A DNA stretch of 64,000 nt, from NCBI GenBank assembly GCA_944367955.1, contig CALVWU010000001.1, positions 2,103 through 66,102 on the forward strand, read 5' to 3'. Source of the DNA: an uncultured Clostridia bacterium (GTDB lineage: Bacteria > Bacillota > Clostridia > Christensenellales > Borkfalkiaceae). Made by a program: the position numbers and the translations under genes. Below, in pieces: positions 43,729-54,273 of this stretch. Below the pieces are notes generated by a model. That model saw only the letters and a list, made by a program, of their open reading frames with translations, made no database searches and was not told the DNA's origin. How positions within the stretch are numbered: position 1 is the first letter of the stretch; each line of letters begins with the position of its first letter.

Positions 43729-44778
43729 TCATTCTGTATCTATACTATATAAATTCGCGCTAAAAATCAAGTTATTTTCGCAGTAAATTTGTAACTCTGC
43801 GCAACATTCGTTGCCGGTTTTACAATTGGTTTTGGGAATGACTATAACTAAAAATTCTTTATTTCTTGGCAGAAGAAACGTTCTTTCGTCATCTAACGCG
43901 CATGGCGTTGCGCCGCACATAAAGATTTTATCCCGGCCGATGGTTTTCAATTCATATTCCGCGAACGCGCCGTCAATGATGCGCATGCTCCGCTCGTACA
44001 TATCGGGGCAATTTAAAACAACGCACACAACGTCCATCCCGTCCCTCTCGGCCGACGATACAAGGCATCTTCCGGCCTCCTGCGTGTAGCCCGTCTTTAT
44101 GCCGTTTGCACCGTCAAGCTTGCTTAATATTTTATTTTTATTGATAAAACTACGAAATTTGCCTTCGTGCGCGCGCGCCGAAACTATACGCCTGAACGTC
44201 ACGTTTTTCATGGCGTTGCAGGCGAGAACGCACAGATCCGAGGCCGTTGTATAATGCTCCTTATCAGGCAGCCCGCTCGGATTGGCGAAATGCGTATTTT
44301 TAAGCCCCATCTCTTCGGCCCGCTCGTTCATTCTGTCGGCAAATGCCGCAATGCTGCCGCTGTGATGCACCGCGAGAGCCACCGCACTGTCGTTGCCCGA
44401 ACGCAGCATAAGGCCGAACACAAGGTCGCATATCGATATTTTTTCGCCGTGCTTTAAATAGATGCTTGAACCCTCTACGCCAACGGCCTCGTCGGGTACA
44501 GTTATCACCTCGCCGAAATCGCATTCTTCGATGATTATCAAGGCGGTCATGATTTTTGTGGTGCTGGCCATGGGCATGCGGCTTTCGCTGTTTTTAGCAT
44601 GCAGCACTTTGCCCGTGTTCAATTCCATTGCGTATTCGGCGGCACCGTCGGCACGCGCCCCACATACCGGCGCAATCGCAAAAATGCATACGGCAGAAGC
44701 GCAGACAAGAGCGGCGACGGCGCATTTAATTTTCAACGAGATCGTGTACGAGCTCGCCCGTCTTTTCGATAAGAGCAT
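43729..44778 (-). CDS. Serine-type D-Ala-D-Ala carboxypeptidase (S11, PBP5-like); start uncertain (alternative TTG at 44736)
   Basis: SxxK (ASTTKIMT), SxN (RSGND), KTG (KTGYT). Confidence 0.82.
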   Translation of the reverse strand: MLLSKRRASSYTISLKIKCAVAALVCASAVCIFAIAPVCGARADGAAEYAMELNTGKVLHAKNSESRMPMASTTKIMTALIIIEECDFGEVITVPDEAVGVEGSSIYLKHGEKISICDLVFGLMLRSGNDSAVALAVHHSGSIAAFADRMNERAEEMGLKNTHFANPSGLPDKEHYTTASDLCVLACNAMKNVTFRRIVSARAHEGKFRSFINKNKILSKLDGANGIKTGYTQEAGRCLVSSAERDGMDVVCVVLNCPDMYERSMRIIDGAFAEYELKTIGRDKIFMCGATPCALDDERTFLLPRNKEFLVIVIPKTNCKTGNECCAELQIYCENNLIFSANLYSIDTE

Positions 44779-45097
44779 TTACAGGGCCGTCCTCCATTCT
44801 CAAAAGTCTGCAATTTTTACCGTCGTCAATCAAAAATCCTTTGGGCTTGACCGTTACAACACAGCCGTTTCCGCCGGCAAGTTTAAAGCCCTCGGCCTCC
44901 TTAAAAGTCTTAACGTCGCCGAATTCTCCTCCGCCGCCCAAGCTGACTATCGTAACCGACGTCACAGGTATTACCTGCGCTCCGCTGGCCGTGTTTACGG
45001 CGCGACCTATAACGATGTCGGCGTTGGCAAGGTTTTCTATCTTTATCGGGGGATTTTTAAAACTTTGTTCTTCCCTTTGTCTATTGAACGACTTCAT
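44726..45097 (-). CDS. ytfJ: Sporulation protein YtfJ/GerW family
   Basis: Conserved VIPVTSVTIVSLGGGGEFG core. ATGA coupling with the upstream ytfI-like gene. Start chosen at Met 45097. Confidence 0.78.
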   Translation of the reverse strand: MKSFNRQREEQSFKNPPIKIENLANADIVIGRAVNTASGAQVIPVTSVTIVSLGGGGEFGDVKTFKEAEGFKLAGGNGCVVTVKPKGFLIDDGKNCRLLRMEDGPVNALIEKTGELVHDLVEN

Positions 45098-45603
45098 CTG
45101 AATTTCTCCGCAAATATAATTAAAGCTGCCGCCAAAATCATAAGCGGCACCGTTACAGCCGAAAGCGCGGCGCAGCACACCGCTCCCGGCTCGTCCACGT
45201 TTAACACGGTATAATTTTTAAGCTTACAGCCCGCAAACCGTTCTGCCGCCATGCGATACAGCATGACTGTCGCCGTTCGTTGCGCGACCGCCGCATACGC
45301 TCCGCCGTCGCCCGCAATGCCGAAGTCGCACAGCTGAACTACCTTCGTAACATAAATAAATTTAAGCAGCTTAAAATCGCCGAAGTTTATTCCGCCGCCG
45401 ATAAGCGGCTTTTTTCTGCCGTTTATATACATTTTCACCGAATCGGAATAATCGATGTTTATGTTAACCAACTTTATGAATTTGTACAGCACAAAATTTA
45501 TGTTTAACCGCTTACGGCGCGTATCGGCAAGCACATAGCAATCCGCCGCAACGGGAAAAAGCAAAATTGCCGTAAGCGCGGCGGCCGCATATATCCCGTA
45601 CAT
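45094..45603 (-). CDS. DUF2953-like membrane protein (YtfI-like)
   Basis: Position upstream of ytfJ as in Bacillus. N- and C-terminal TM segments. Confidence 0.55.
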   Translation of the reverse strand: MYGIYAAAALTAILLFPVAADCYVLADTRRKRLNINFVLYKFIKLVNINIDYSDSVKMYINGRKKPLIGGGINFGDFKLLKFIYVTKVVQLCDFGIAGDGGAYAAVAQRTATVMLYRMAAERFAGCKLKNYTVLNVDEPGAVCCAALSAVTVPLMILAAALIIFAEKFR

Positions 45604-45637
45604 AAAAATATTATCGGCAGACCATTAAAAAGTATGC

Positions 45638-45667
45638 AAAAAAGCACGGAAAGCTTCCGTGCTTTTT
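45638..45667. terminator. Bidirectional hairpin (A6-stem-T5)
   Basis: agcacggaa-agc-ttccgtgct. Confidence 0.6.
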
Positions 45668-45898
45668 AATGCAATAATCTATTTATTATTTTGATCGCGA
45701 TCAATATCGTCAGTTTCCTTTATAATATTCACATATTGGGTATGTATGTGGGGTTTGACGTGTTGCATATCAATGAGTGGATAGTAAAGATAGTTCTTAC
45801 GATTATTGTACTGATTTATAATTATATAACGAAAAGGCTGATAATATTTAAACGTTCCGTTTCTGAAAATGATAAGTAAATTTTAAAATACGGCACAT

Positions 45899-45938
45899 AA
45901 AAACCGCGCCGGCCGCAATTTATGCGGCCGGCGCGGTT
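45899..45938 (-). terminator. Intrinsic terminator after scpB (17-bp stem)
   Basis: aaaccgcgccggccgca-N5-tgcggccggcgcggttt. Confidence 0.8.
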
Positions 45939-45959
45939 TCTTTGCAAAGACGCAAAGCA

Positions 45960-46673
45960 TCACTTGATTTCGATAATGTCATCGCCCTCTTCACCTTCGA
46001 GGTGGTCGGGCAGTTCGTATCCGTCGGCAGTAACCTTCGGTTCGGCCTTCTCTTCGACCTTTTTAGCCTGAGCTTCGGGATCGCTCTCTTCGGAATATTC
46101 ATCCTTATGATAGAGATAGTTGCTGTCCTCCTCGTCGAGAATGGACGCGTTCAGTTCGGCTATCTGTGCCATCAACTCGTCGTAATCGGGCAGCTCGTCG
46201 ATTGAATTCAACTTAAATCTCTTTAAAAAATTATCGGTGGTCGCATACAGAATGGGCTTGCCCACGGCGTCCTTTCTTCCGCACGGAACTATCATATCGA
46301 GATCTAAAAGGGTATGTATGGCATAGTCGCAGCTTACCTGTCTTATCTCTTCAAGCTCACCCTTGGTAACCGGCTGTTTATAAGCTATCAGTGCGGCGCA
46401 TTCGAGAATAGTTTTTGTAAACTCTTTCTCTTTAATGGGCTGCAAAACAGAGGAAATCTGCTGCTTGTAGGCGGGATTGGTGGCAAACTGGATCTTGCCG
46501 TTAAATGTCAAAAGCTGTATTCCGCTCTCTTCGGAATATTTCTTTTTAAGTTCGTCTATACAGGCGTTCACCTCTTTGAGCGAGCAACCCAATTTTTCAA
46601 CAATAAATTTTACCTGAACGGCTTCGCCGGAGGCAAAGGCAATCGCCTCAATTATATTCGTCAAATTGTTCAA
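45960..46673 (-). CDS. scpB: Segregation and condensation protein B
   Basis: ScpB winged-helix pattern (IIEAIAFASGE.., LIAYKQPVTKGELEEIR) and an acidic tail. Confidence 0.88.
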   Translation of the reverse strand: MNNLTNIIEAIAFASGEAVQVKFIVEKLGCSLKEVNACIDELKKKYSEESGIQLLTFNGKIQFATNPAYKQQISSVLQPIKEKEFTKTILECAALIAYKQPVTKGELEEIRQVSCDYAIHTLLDLDMIVPCGRKDAVGKPILYATTDNFLKRFKLNSIDELPDYDELMAQIAELNASILDEEDSNYLYHKDEYSEESDPEAQAKKVEEKAEPKVTADGYELPDHLEGEEGDDIIEIK

Positions 46674-47469
46674 GATCCACGTCCTTTAAATCCGTTTCGG
46701 GATTGCGTTTAATAATAATTGTGCCGAAAGCTTCGTGCTGTTCAACCATTATGAACTGGTGTTTCAGCATTTCAAGCAACGCCTGAAATGTTGTTATTAT
46801 TTCGTTGCGTGAAAAGTGTGTAAACAGCCGCTCGAATTCGATAAATTCATTTTCGCGCAATGTTTCGCCGATAAATTTTACCTTCTCTTCAACGGTATAT
46901 TCGTCTTTCGGAATCTCTTTGATGTTGTCCTTTTCGCGCTGCATGCTCTCGTTGCGCAAAAGCAGTTTTGCGAACGCATCGAGCATCGCTGTAACGCTGA
47001 AATCGGTATAGACGATTTTTACCTCGCTGAAATCCTTCGAAGGCTCTTTAAAATAATACCCTATCGTTTCAAGCTCTTTAAGCTGAGTAGTTTTTTCCTT
47101 GATAAGCTCGAATTCGCGCTGACGCAACTGCTCTATCAATGCCTGTCGCTCGTCATCGTCGCCGCCCATCTCCTCGCCCGCGACTTCCACGGCGGGAACC
47201 ATTGCCTGCGACTTGATATAAACTATTCTCGCAGCCATCGCAAGATATTCGCTCTCCTTGTCGACGTCGCGCGACGGTTGAGTTTTCATGTATTCGATGT
47301 AATCCAAAAACTGCTCGGTCACCTGCGACACAAAGATGTCTTCTATCTTTATCTGCGCAATGTTTATAAGATGCAGCAACAGGTCGAGCGGGCCTTCGAA
47401 ATCTTCGAGTACGGTGTTATAGTCAACAACCGATTCAAAATTCGCATAATCTTTTATAGTAGTTGTCAT
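46648..47469 (-). CDS. scpA: Segregation and condensation protein A (kleisin)
   Basis: FEGPLDLLLHLI motif. ATGA coupling to the upstream gene. Start chosen at Met 47469. Confidence 0.88.
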   Translation of the reverse strand: MTTTIKDYANFESVVDYNTVLEDFEGPLDLLLHLINIAQIKIEDIFVSQVTEQFLDYIEYMKTQPSRDVDKESEYLAMAARIVYIKSQAMVPAVEVAGEEMGGDDDERQALIEQLRQREFELIKEKTTQLKELETIGYYFKEPSKDFSEVKIVYTDFSVTAMLDAFAKLLLRNESMQREKDNIKEIPKDEYTVEEKVKFIGETLRENEFIEFERLFTHFSRNEIITTFQALLEMLKHQFIMVEQHEAFGTIIIKRNPETDLKDVDLEQFDEYN

Positions 47470-48206
47470 AGCGCAAATATCCAGTCCCACGCCGCCTTTA
47501 TGGGAAATCCGATTATTTCGGTGGCGAAATTCATTACATAATTTAAAATATTGAAATTATTTACCCAGTCGGCATAATTGCCCACGATAGTACAGATATA
47601 ACTTTCAACTACGAGAATGATGAGTATCATCTGCCCGTAATCGTTCAAAAAGCGTCTAACGGGATTTAATTCGCGAGTACAGGCCTCAACGATCCTGAAC
47701 CCGTCGAGGGGATTCAACGGCAGCAGATTAAACACAAAAACGCTAAGACTGTATGCATATATCAAATAAAAGATCAAACAAACGGTTATACCGAGATAGC
47801 CGAGCGCGCCGTCGGTATAATACATTATCATACCGTTGCCAACCGTGATGATGTCGTTAAAGACAAAGTGATCGACCAGCGCGAAAACGAGATATGCGAC
47901 AAAGGCGATAATATAATTTGCGCACACTCCCGCAATGGCTGTTAAAAACAAGCCGCGGCGGTAATTTTTGAAATTATAAGGGTTGACCGGCACGGGCTTA
48001 GCCCAGCCGAACCCCACAAAGGCACAGCATAAAAAACCAATGGGGTCGAGGTGTTTTATCGGGTTCAGCGTAAGCCGCCCCATAGCCTTTGCGGTGCCGT
48101 CGCCGCATTTGTACGCGACGAACGCGTGCGCATACTCGTGGGGAGCAAGCACAAAAACTGTTGCGATAACTCCCGCGAGCAGCAGTATCAGATCCATTAT
48201 ATTCAT
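47466..48206 (-). CDS. M50 site-2-protease-family membrane metalloprotease
   Basis: HEYAHAF zinc motif and a LNPLDG motif in multi-TM context. Confidence 0.75.
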   Translation of the reverse strand: MNIMDLILLLAGVIATVFVLAPHEYAHAFVAYKCGDGTAKAMGRLTLNPIKHLDPIGFLCCAFVGFGWAKPVPVNPYNFKNYRRGLFLTAIAGVCANYIIAFVAYLVFALVDHFVFNDIITVGNGMIMYYTDGALGYLGITVCLIFYLIYAYSLSVFVFNLLPLNPLDGFRIVEACTRELNPVRRFLNDYGQMILIILVVESYICTIVGNYADWVNNFNILNYVMNFATEIIGFPIKAAWDWIFAL

Positions 48207-49531
48207 TTGATCAGCCTTTCGGGAAGAACGTCGTTGCGCACGATGTCTTCATAAGTTTGTTTTTTAATTATGGTTTGCGCGTCGCCATCCCTTACAAGCA
48301 CGGCCGACGGGATAAAATTGCGGTTGTAATTGCTGGCCATGGAATAATTGTATGCACCCGTCGAAAGCACAGCGAGCACGTCGCCGCTCTTCACTTCGGG
48401 CAGGGGAACGTCGACGGCGATTATGTCGCCGCTCTCGCAGCACTTGCCCGCTATCGTCACCTTCTGCGTACAGGGAGCGTTCATCTTTCCGGCCGCAACC
48501 ACCGTATATTTGGATTGATAGAGCGCGTATCTCGGATTGTCGAACATGCCTCCGTCTACGGCGACATACGTCTTTATTCCGGGTATCTCTTTAACGGCAC
48601 CCGCGGTGTACAAGGTAACGCCCGCTTCGCCCACGATCGAACGGCCCGGTTCCATGGCAATAAAGGGCTTTTTCAATCCGTATTCGACGCATCTTTCCTC
48701 TATGCGCCCGCACAAAATTTTGACGTATTCGTCATAGTCGGCGGGCGTAAGCTTCGGATCTTCGTCGGTATAGTAGATGCCGAACCCGCCGCCTATATTC
48801 AATGTCTGCGCCTCGAATGACGTACGCTCTTTTATTGTTCCGATAAAATCTATCATTTTATCCGCCGCAAGCGCAAACGACTGCTTTTCGAAGATCTGCG
48901 AACCGATATGGCAATGAAAACCCTGCAAATTCAAATTGGATTTTGCCAGCACATGGCGGGTAATCTCTTCGGCGGTGCCGTTTGCAATCGAAAAGCCGAA
49001 TTTGCTGTCGGGCGTGGCCGTCTGCACATAGGCGTGCGTGTGCGCCTCGACGCCGGGATTTATTCTTATGAGCACGTTTTGCTTTACGCCCGCGCGACCG
49101 CACAGTTCGTCCAGCCTGTCCGCTTCGAGGTAAGAGTCTATAACTATAACGCCCACTCCGCTCTTCACGGCGAATTCAAGTTCTTCGGGCGTTTTATTAT
49201 TGCCGTGCATATATATCTTTTCGGCGGGAAAACCCGCGGAGAGTGCCGTATAAAGCTCCCCTCCCGAAACCACGTCGACGCCGATATTTTCACTGTTCGC
49301 CACCGCATAGATCGCTTTGCACGAAAAGGCTTTGGAAGCATACAAAACCATACCGTTGCCGCCGTAATATTTGTCGAGGGCAAGCCTGTAAGTTCTCATC
49401 ATAAGCCTGATGTAGTCCTCGTCGAAGACATACAGCGGCGTACCGAACCGCGCCGCAAGTTCAACGGCGTCGCACCCTCCTATTTCGAGATGTCCCGCAC
49501 CGTTTACTTTAAGCGTACTTCTTTGGTTCAT
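48203..49531 (-). CDS. lysA: Diaminopimelate decarboxylase
   Basis: PLP-dependent Orn/DAP/Arg decarboxylase motifs (YASKAF, HCHIGSQ, GGGFG, CESGD). Confidence 0.92.
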   Translation of the reverse strand: MNQRSTLKVNGAGHLEIGGCDAVELAARFGTPLYVFDEDYIRLMMRTYRLALDKYYGGNGMVLYASKAFSCKAIYAVANSENIGVDVVSGGELYTALSAGFPAEKIYMHGNNKTPEELEFAVKSGVGVIVIDSYLEADRLDELCGRAGVKQNVLIRINPGVEAHTHAYVQTATPDSKFGFSIANGTAEEITRHVLAKSNLNLQGFHCHIGSQIFEKQSFALAADKMIDFIGTIKERTSFEAQTLNIGGGFGIYYTDEDPKLTPADYDEYVKILCGRIEERCVEYGLKKPFIAMEPGRSIVGEAGVTLYTAGAVKEIPGIKTYVAVDGGMFDNPRYALYQSKYTVVAAGKMNAPCTQKVTIAGKCCESGDIIAVDVPLPEVKSGDVLAVLSTGAYNYSMASNYNRNFIPSAVLVRDGDAQTIIKKQTYEDIVRNDVLPERLIK

Positions 49532-49646
49532 AAAAAGCGACCTCTGGCAAAATAATTATATAATTATTTTACCAAAGGCCGCAAAGTTAGTCAAACGATT
49601 TACACAACATATAGTTGCTTACTGCTGAAATAGCCAATTTTTAAAG

Positions 49647-50810
49647 CTATATATTCCAATTCAAAGCTATTTTTTGCAAATTGTAGCCGTATCCTGCCGC
49701 AGGCACGTCCTCGGCGCACACGAGCGGAACTCTGTCGAACTCCTTGCCGTTTCTGAATACCGCGATACTGCCCGCACTGTCGCCGGCGGCAAGCGGAGCG
49801 CGGAGTGCGTCAACTTCCGCCGAAAAGGTTATTTCGGGCATTTCATCCCTGCCGCAGAATACAAAACAATTGCGTTCGGGACGAATGGCGACGTTCTCTT
49901 TCGTACCCATTTTTACGGCATATCTGTCGTTGAGATTTACGCTTTCGTCAAGCACGGCAAGATTTCTGAAATTGGAAAAGCCGTAATCGAAGAGTTCAGA
50001 CGTTTTATCGAACCGCTGCTCGCTCGTGCCGCCGCCGAGCACGGCAGAAACAAGGCGCATGTTGCCCCGCGCCGCGGTTGCGGCAAGGCAAAACCCCGCT
50101 TCGTTCGTAAACCCGGTCTTTCCGCCGTCGCAACCTTGATATTTTCGTATCAGCTTATTTGTGTTCGTCATGCTTGTAACTCTGTCGCCGGGATGCACAA
50201 AATCTTCCAGCCAGATAGAACTGTAATCGAAATAGCGTTTATTTTTAATTAAATTCGCAAACATTGCGGCCACATCGCGCGCGGTGGAATACTGCGTTTC
50301 TTTTGGCAGCCCGGTGCAGTTTGCAAACAACGTGTCGGCGCAGCCCAGTTCGGCCGCCCTCTTATTCATGGCCGCAACAAAATTCTCTTCGCTGCCGCTT
50401 ACTCTTTCTGCAAGCGCAACGCAGCTGTCGTTGGCCGAACATACCACGACGGACTTTATAAGCTGTTCCGCACGGTAGGAACAACCGCTCTGCAAAAACA
50501 CCTGCGACCCACCCATTCCGGCCGCTCTGTCCGAAACGGTTATCATATCGTCAAGTGCCAGTCTTCCGTCGTCGACCGCCTCGAAACATAACGTAAGCGT
50601 CATTATCTTGCACATGCTTGCAATCGGCATTCTCGCATCGGCATTGTACTGATACGCCACTTCACCTGATGCGGCGTCAATAAGGCAGGCACTTTTGCAA
50701 ACCGCGTCACCCTCTCCCGCGGCCGCAGCAAAATTTTTATCGTTATTGACGAGTGTTGCAGCAGAAAAAACGCACACGGCGGCAACCGCCGCCAACAAAA
50801 TCCTTTTCAT
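49647..50810 (-). CDS. Serine-type D-Ala-D-Ala carboxypeptidase (S11, DacB/DacF-like)
   Basis: Signal peptide, SxxK (ASMCKIMT), SxN (SANDS), KTG (KTGFT). Confidence 0.85.
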   Translation of the reverse strand: MKRILLAAVAAVCVFSAATLVNNDKNFAAAAGEGDAVCKSACLIDAASGEVAYQYNADARMPIASMCKIMTLTLCFEAVDDGRLALDDMITVSDRAAGMGGSQVFLQSGCSYRAEQLIKSVVVCSANDSCVALAERVSGSEENFVAAMNKRAAELGCADTLFANCTGLPKETQYSTARDVAAMFANLIKNKRYFDYSSIWLEDFVHPGDRVTSMTNTNKLIRKYQGCDGGKTGFTNEAGFCLAATAARGNMRLVSAVLGGGTSEQRFDKTSELFDYGFSNFRNLAVLDESVNLNDRYAVKMGTKENVAIRPERNCFVFCGRDEMPEITFSAEVDALRAPLAAGDSAGSIAVFRNGKEFDRVPLVCAEDVPAAGYGYNLQKIALNWNI

Positions 50811-50846
50811 ACCACCTATTATTTGCAGCCGAAAAAAATTTATGCG

Positions 50847-51389
50847 CTAAACAAGCGCGATAAGGATGCGGAACACAACGTTATGCATTATAAAAAATGC
50901 GGCGCAAACACAGACGGCGAGAAATGCCGGAAGTACAAAGACAAGACGCCTGCCTGCAATGCAGTAATTTTCGGCAGCAAAGGCACAGCACACGCACGAA
51001 AAAATGTAGCACGGGATATAAACCAGCACGGCGCACACTCCGCCGCCTATCCCCAATCCCGTAAACATCACGCAGCAATAGAGAGCAAAAACCACCGTTC
51101 TCAAAAACATTACTACGGCCGACAACGCCTTCAATTTAGCAAAATACGCCAGCGCGAAAAAGGCATAGATAAACAACAATTCCTTTATCAGACACGAAAA
51201 AATCAGTCCGCCGACTTCAAAAAAGAATACGGCGTCCACATAATTTTGCGCATATCCGAAGATATAATAGCCGAAATCGGAAATATTAAATAGTACTATG
51301 CCACATATAATTGCCGATGCAAAAGCTATTAGAAGCCAAAATAAGTAGTTCTTATCCCATTTAACTTTATTTAAAGACAAAATCCTCAT
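50847..51389 (-). CDS. Polytopic membrane protein of unknown function (possibly sporulation-related by context)
   Basis: Five or six hydrophobic segments. Lies between spoIVB and a dac gene. No convincing family match by eye. Confidence 0.45.
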   Translation of the reverse strand: MRILSLNKVKWDKNYLFWLLIAFASAIICGIVLFNISDFGYYIFGYAQNYVDAVFFFEVGGLIFSCLIKELLFIYAFFALAYFAKLKALSAVVMFLRTVVFALYCCVMFTGLGIGGGVCAVLVYIPCYIFSCVCCAFAAENYCIAGRRLVFVLPAFLAVCVCAAFFIMHNVVFRILIALV

Positions 51390-51420
51390 ACAAATTTATA
51401 TGAGGATTCCGCCCTTAATA

Positions 51421-52437
51421 TTAATATGCATTCAACATTTTATCGATGGAAATGCCATACCCTCTTGTTGGATCGTTTACAAAAACATGTGTTACCGCGC
51501 CTACGAGCCTGCCTTCCTGTACTATCGGACTGCCGCTCATGCCCTGCACGATGCCGCCCGACTGTTCGATAAGCCTTCTGTCGTCTACCTTTATCACGAA
51601 ATTGCGATTTTCGTTGTTCAGCGGATCGACTTTTACTATACTTATCTCGTATTCGCAGGTTACATTTTGGCTAACCGTTGAATAAATCGAAGCTTTGCCA
51701 ATCTTTACGTCGCTGATGTCGGCAACGGATATTTTTGTGAGTTTTTGCCAATCAAAATCTTCGCAAACCTTGCCGTATACCCCGCTCGCGCAGTTGTGCG
51801 TGGCAGTACCTATCGGATAACTGCTCTCTATGCTGCCTTTCAATTCGCCGGGCGTACCCCTCACGCCGCGTTTTACGCCGTATATGGCGCATGAGTAAAT
51901 ACCGCCGCCGCTTACGGTGAACATCCTTTTGGAACAGTCGGCGACAGGGTGGCCGAGTGCGGCAACGATTCCGTTGGTCTTATCGGCAAAAGTTACGGTA
52001 CCTATGCCGTTTACGCTGTCTTTAACAAGCATGCCCAGCCGCTTCTGTTTCGAAACTATATCCGTGACGGCGCGCGTGCGCACCGTCAGCCTTTCTCCGC
52101 CCCGCACTATCAGTATTTCGCATTCGTCGCCCGGTATTGCAAGCGCGCTGCTTACGTCGGCTTTGCCGTTTATCGCCACGCCGTTTATTGCCTCCACTAT
52201 GTCACCGGCGCGTATCCCGCAATCCCGTGCAGGGCTGCACATGCCGTCCGAAGTCATCACGTCGCACAGCCCCACCACCTCGACGGTGGTTGTATTAAGC
52301 ACAAATCCGGCGGCAAATCCGCCCAAATAAATTTCCCTTTCGTCCGCATACGCGGCCACTGTCGAAAAGGATATACAGCATATGACCGCGCACAACAGCG
52401 CGAAAATAACCCTCTTTATCTTATCGGAATACCGCAT
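51421..52437 (-). CDS. spoIVB: SpoIVB peptidase (S55)
   Basis: PDZ-like region (GIRAGDIVEAINGV) and catalytic serine motif GMSGSPIV. Position downstream of recN as in Bacillus. Confidence 0.85.
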   Translation of the reverse strand: MRYSDKIKRVIFALLCAVICCISFSTVAAYADEREIYLGGFAAGFVLNTTTVEVVGLCDVMTSDGMCSPARDCGIRAGDIVEAINGVAINGKADVSSALAIPGDECEILIVRGGERLTVRTRAVTDIVSKQKRLGMLVKDSVNGIGTVTFADKTNGIVAALGHPVADCSKRMFTVSGGGIYSCAIYGVKRGVRGTPGELKGSIESSYPIGTATHNCASGVYGKVCEDFDWQKLTKISVADISDVKIGKASIYSTVSQNVTCEYEISIVKVDPLNNENRNFVIKVDDRRLIEQSGGIVQGMSGSPIVQEGRLVGAVTHVFVNDPTRGYGISIDKMLNAY

Positions 52438-52590
52438 AAGCCTATTTTGAGCAGATTAATTTTTTCTATGCGCGAGGCCGCGCGATTAGCGATAAACACG
52501 CAGAGCGGCGGCCGCAAATATTGCGTCCGCCGCTGAAATCGTCAATCTATACGCGCGGAATGCTTTCAACTACTCCGCACATGCAATCTG

Positions 52591-54267
52591 TTATTTATCA
52601 AACTGGGCGATAAGCTGTTTTGCGTGTTCCAAAGCGGCGGCCGACGAAACGCTGCCCGTCAGCCTTACCAACTCGTCAAGCTTCTCCTCGTCGTTCAGCA
52701 TTTTAACCCTTGTAACGGTTTTACCGCTCTCTTCGGTCTTATAAATCAAAAACTGCGCGTGGCTCGCGGCACACACCTGCGGCAGATGCGAAACCGCGAT
52801 TATCTGCGTATCGCGGCTGATGTCTATAAATTTCTGCGCCACGGTACGGGCAGTCATGCCGCTTATGCCTGCGTCGATCTCGTCGAAAATATATGTTGAA
52901 ATGCCGTTGATGCCCTTCAACTGCGTCTTTATCGCCAACATAAACCGGCTCATTTCGCCGCCGGAGATAACCTTGTTGAGCGGCTTTAAGGGCTCGCCCT
53001 TGTTGGCCGAGAACATAAATTTAACTTCGTCGCTGCCGTTTAAACTGTTCAGATTTGCGGTCTGCCTGTCAAACCGAGCAAACTCAACCACGAAGCGCGC
53101 TTCGGGAATATTTAAACTTTTTAACTGTTCTACAACGGCCTTTTCAAATTTCACCGCACATTTTTTACGCTTTTCGCTGATTTTAACGCAAAGCCGATAA
53201 ATTTCATCGTCGGTTTTTTCAAGCTCGGCATTCAAGCTTTCTATAAGTTCGGCACTGCCTGCAAGCTCCTCGTATTTTTGCTTCGCTTCATGCAAAAAGT
53301 CGAGCACGCTCTGCTCATCCGCACCGTACTTTTTCATTATGCCGCGCAGCAATTCTATGCGTTCGGAAATAATTTCGGCCTCGCGCTCATTAAACGAAAG
53401 CTCGTCCGCGAGATCGGTTATGCTGCTTGCAATATCGTCGGCTTCGGTATATAAATTTTCAAGGCGGGAATATATTTTTTCGTATTCGGGACTCAACGCG
53501 CTTACGGATGCGACCGCGCGGCAGGCGGAAGATATAAGATCCACGCAACCGCCGTCGCTGTTTAAAAGACTCGCCGCGGAGCCGAGCGACGTTAAGATTT
53601 TTTCGGTGTTGTTGATAATGTTTCGCTTTGCGATAAGCTCGTCATATTCACCCGGCACTACGGCGGCGGATTCTATCTCCTTTATCTGATAATCGATAAA
53701 ATCCATCTGCGCGGCGCGCTGTCTGTCATCGCCGCCAAGTCGGGCTATGCGGTCGGCCGTACGCTTTTTCGAAGCAATCAATTCGGCCAATTTGTCCCTT
53801 TCCGGGCGCGCTTCCGAACACAATCCGTCGATTACTTTAAGCTGGTTGGTTTCGCTCAAAAGATAAAAATGTTCGCTTTGCCCATGGACGTCTACAAGCT
53901 TGGAGGTAATGCCTTTAAGCATTCCGGCCGTAACTGCATTGCCGTTCAACTTGATGCTCCCCCTACCGTCGAGAGAATACCGCCTTGTAATTATGATCTG
54001 GCCGTCGCATTCGATGTCAAGTTCTTCCACGGCCTTTGCGACAGGCCCCGACGGATCGACCGAAAACTCGGCTCTGACAACGGCTTCGTTTTCCCCGTAG
54101 CGGATCATGCTTTTATCGGCCTTTGACCCCAACACGAAATTTATTGAATCGAGAATGACCGATTTGCCCGCGCCCGTTTCGCCCGACAGCACGTTCAGCC
54201 TGCCGTCAAATGTTATGTCCGCGCTGTCGATCAGCGCGACGTTTTTAATCGAAAGCCTGCACAGCAT
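52591..54267 (-). CDS. recN: DNA repair protein RecN
   Basis: Walker A GETGAGKS, coiled-coil middle region, C-terminal SGGEMSR and FDEIDAG. Confidence 0.93.
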   Translation of the reverse strand: MLCRLSIKNVALIDSADITFDGRLNVLSGETGAGKSVILDSINFVLGSKADKSMIRYGENEAVVRAEFSVDPSGPVAKAVEELDIECDGQIIITRRYSLDGRGSIKLNGNAVTAGMLKGITSKLVDVHGQSEHFYLLSETNQLKVIDGLCSEARPERDKLAELIASKKRTADRIARLGGDDRQRAAQMDFIDYQIKEIESAAVVPGEYDELIAKRNIINNTEKILTSLGSAASLLNSDGGCVDLISSACRAVASVSALSPEYEKIYSRLENLYTEADDIASSITDLADELSFNEREAEIISERIELLRGIMKKYGADEQSVLDFLHEAKQKYEELAGSAELIESLNAELEKTDDEIYRLCVKISEKRKKCAVKFEKAVVEQLKSLNIPEARFVVEFARFDRQTANLNSLNGSDEVKFMFSANKGEPLKPLNKVISGGEMSRFMLAIKTQLKGINGISTYIFDEIDAGISGMTARTVAQKFIDISRDTQIIAVSHLPQVCAASHAQFLIYKTEESGKTVTRVKMLNDEEKLDELVRLTGSVSSAAALEHAKQLIAQFDK

Positions 54268-54273
54268 ATAATT

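Noticed and set aside
45691-45879. 62-aa ORF with two hydrophobic segments resembling the C-terminal half of GtrA-family proteins.
   Set aside because: TTG start, no RBS or promoter, and about half the length of the family. Possibly a gene remnant, but too weak to call as a feature.
49532-49646. Lysine (L-box) riboswitch upstream of lysA, and a perfect 22-nt palindrome AAAATAATTATATAATTATTTT at 49549-49570.
   Set aside because: The intergenic region is only about 115 nt, too short for an L-box, and lacks its conserved helices. The palindrome is pure A/T, contains a TATAAT, and cannot be told apart from promoter or low-complexity sequence.
52438-52590. sigF/sigG-type promoter for spoIVB in the recN-spoIVB spacer.
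   Set aside because: Only partial -10-like strings (CATAGAA) are present, with no appropriately spaced GNATR -35. This cannot be supported by eye.
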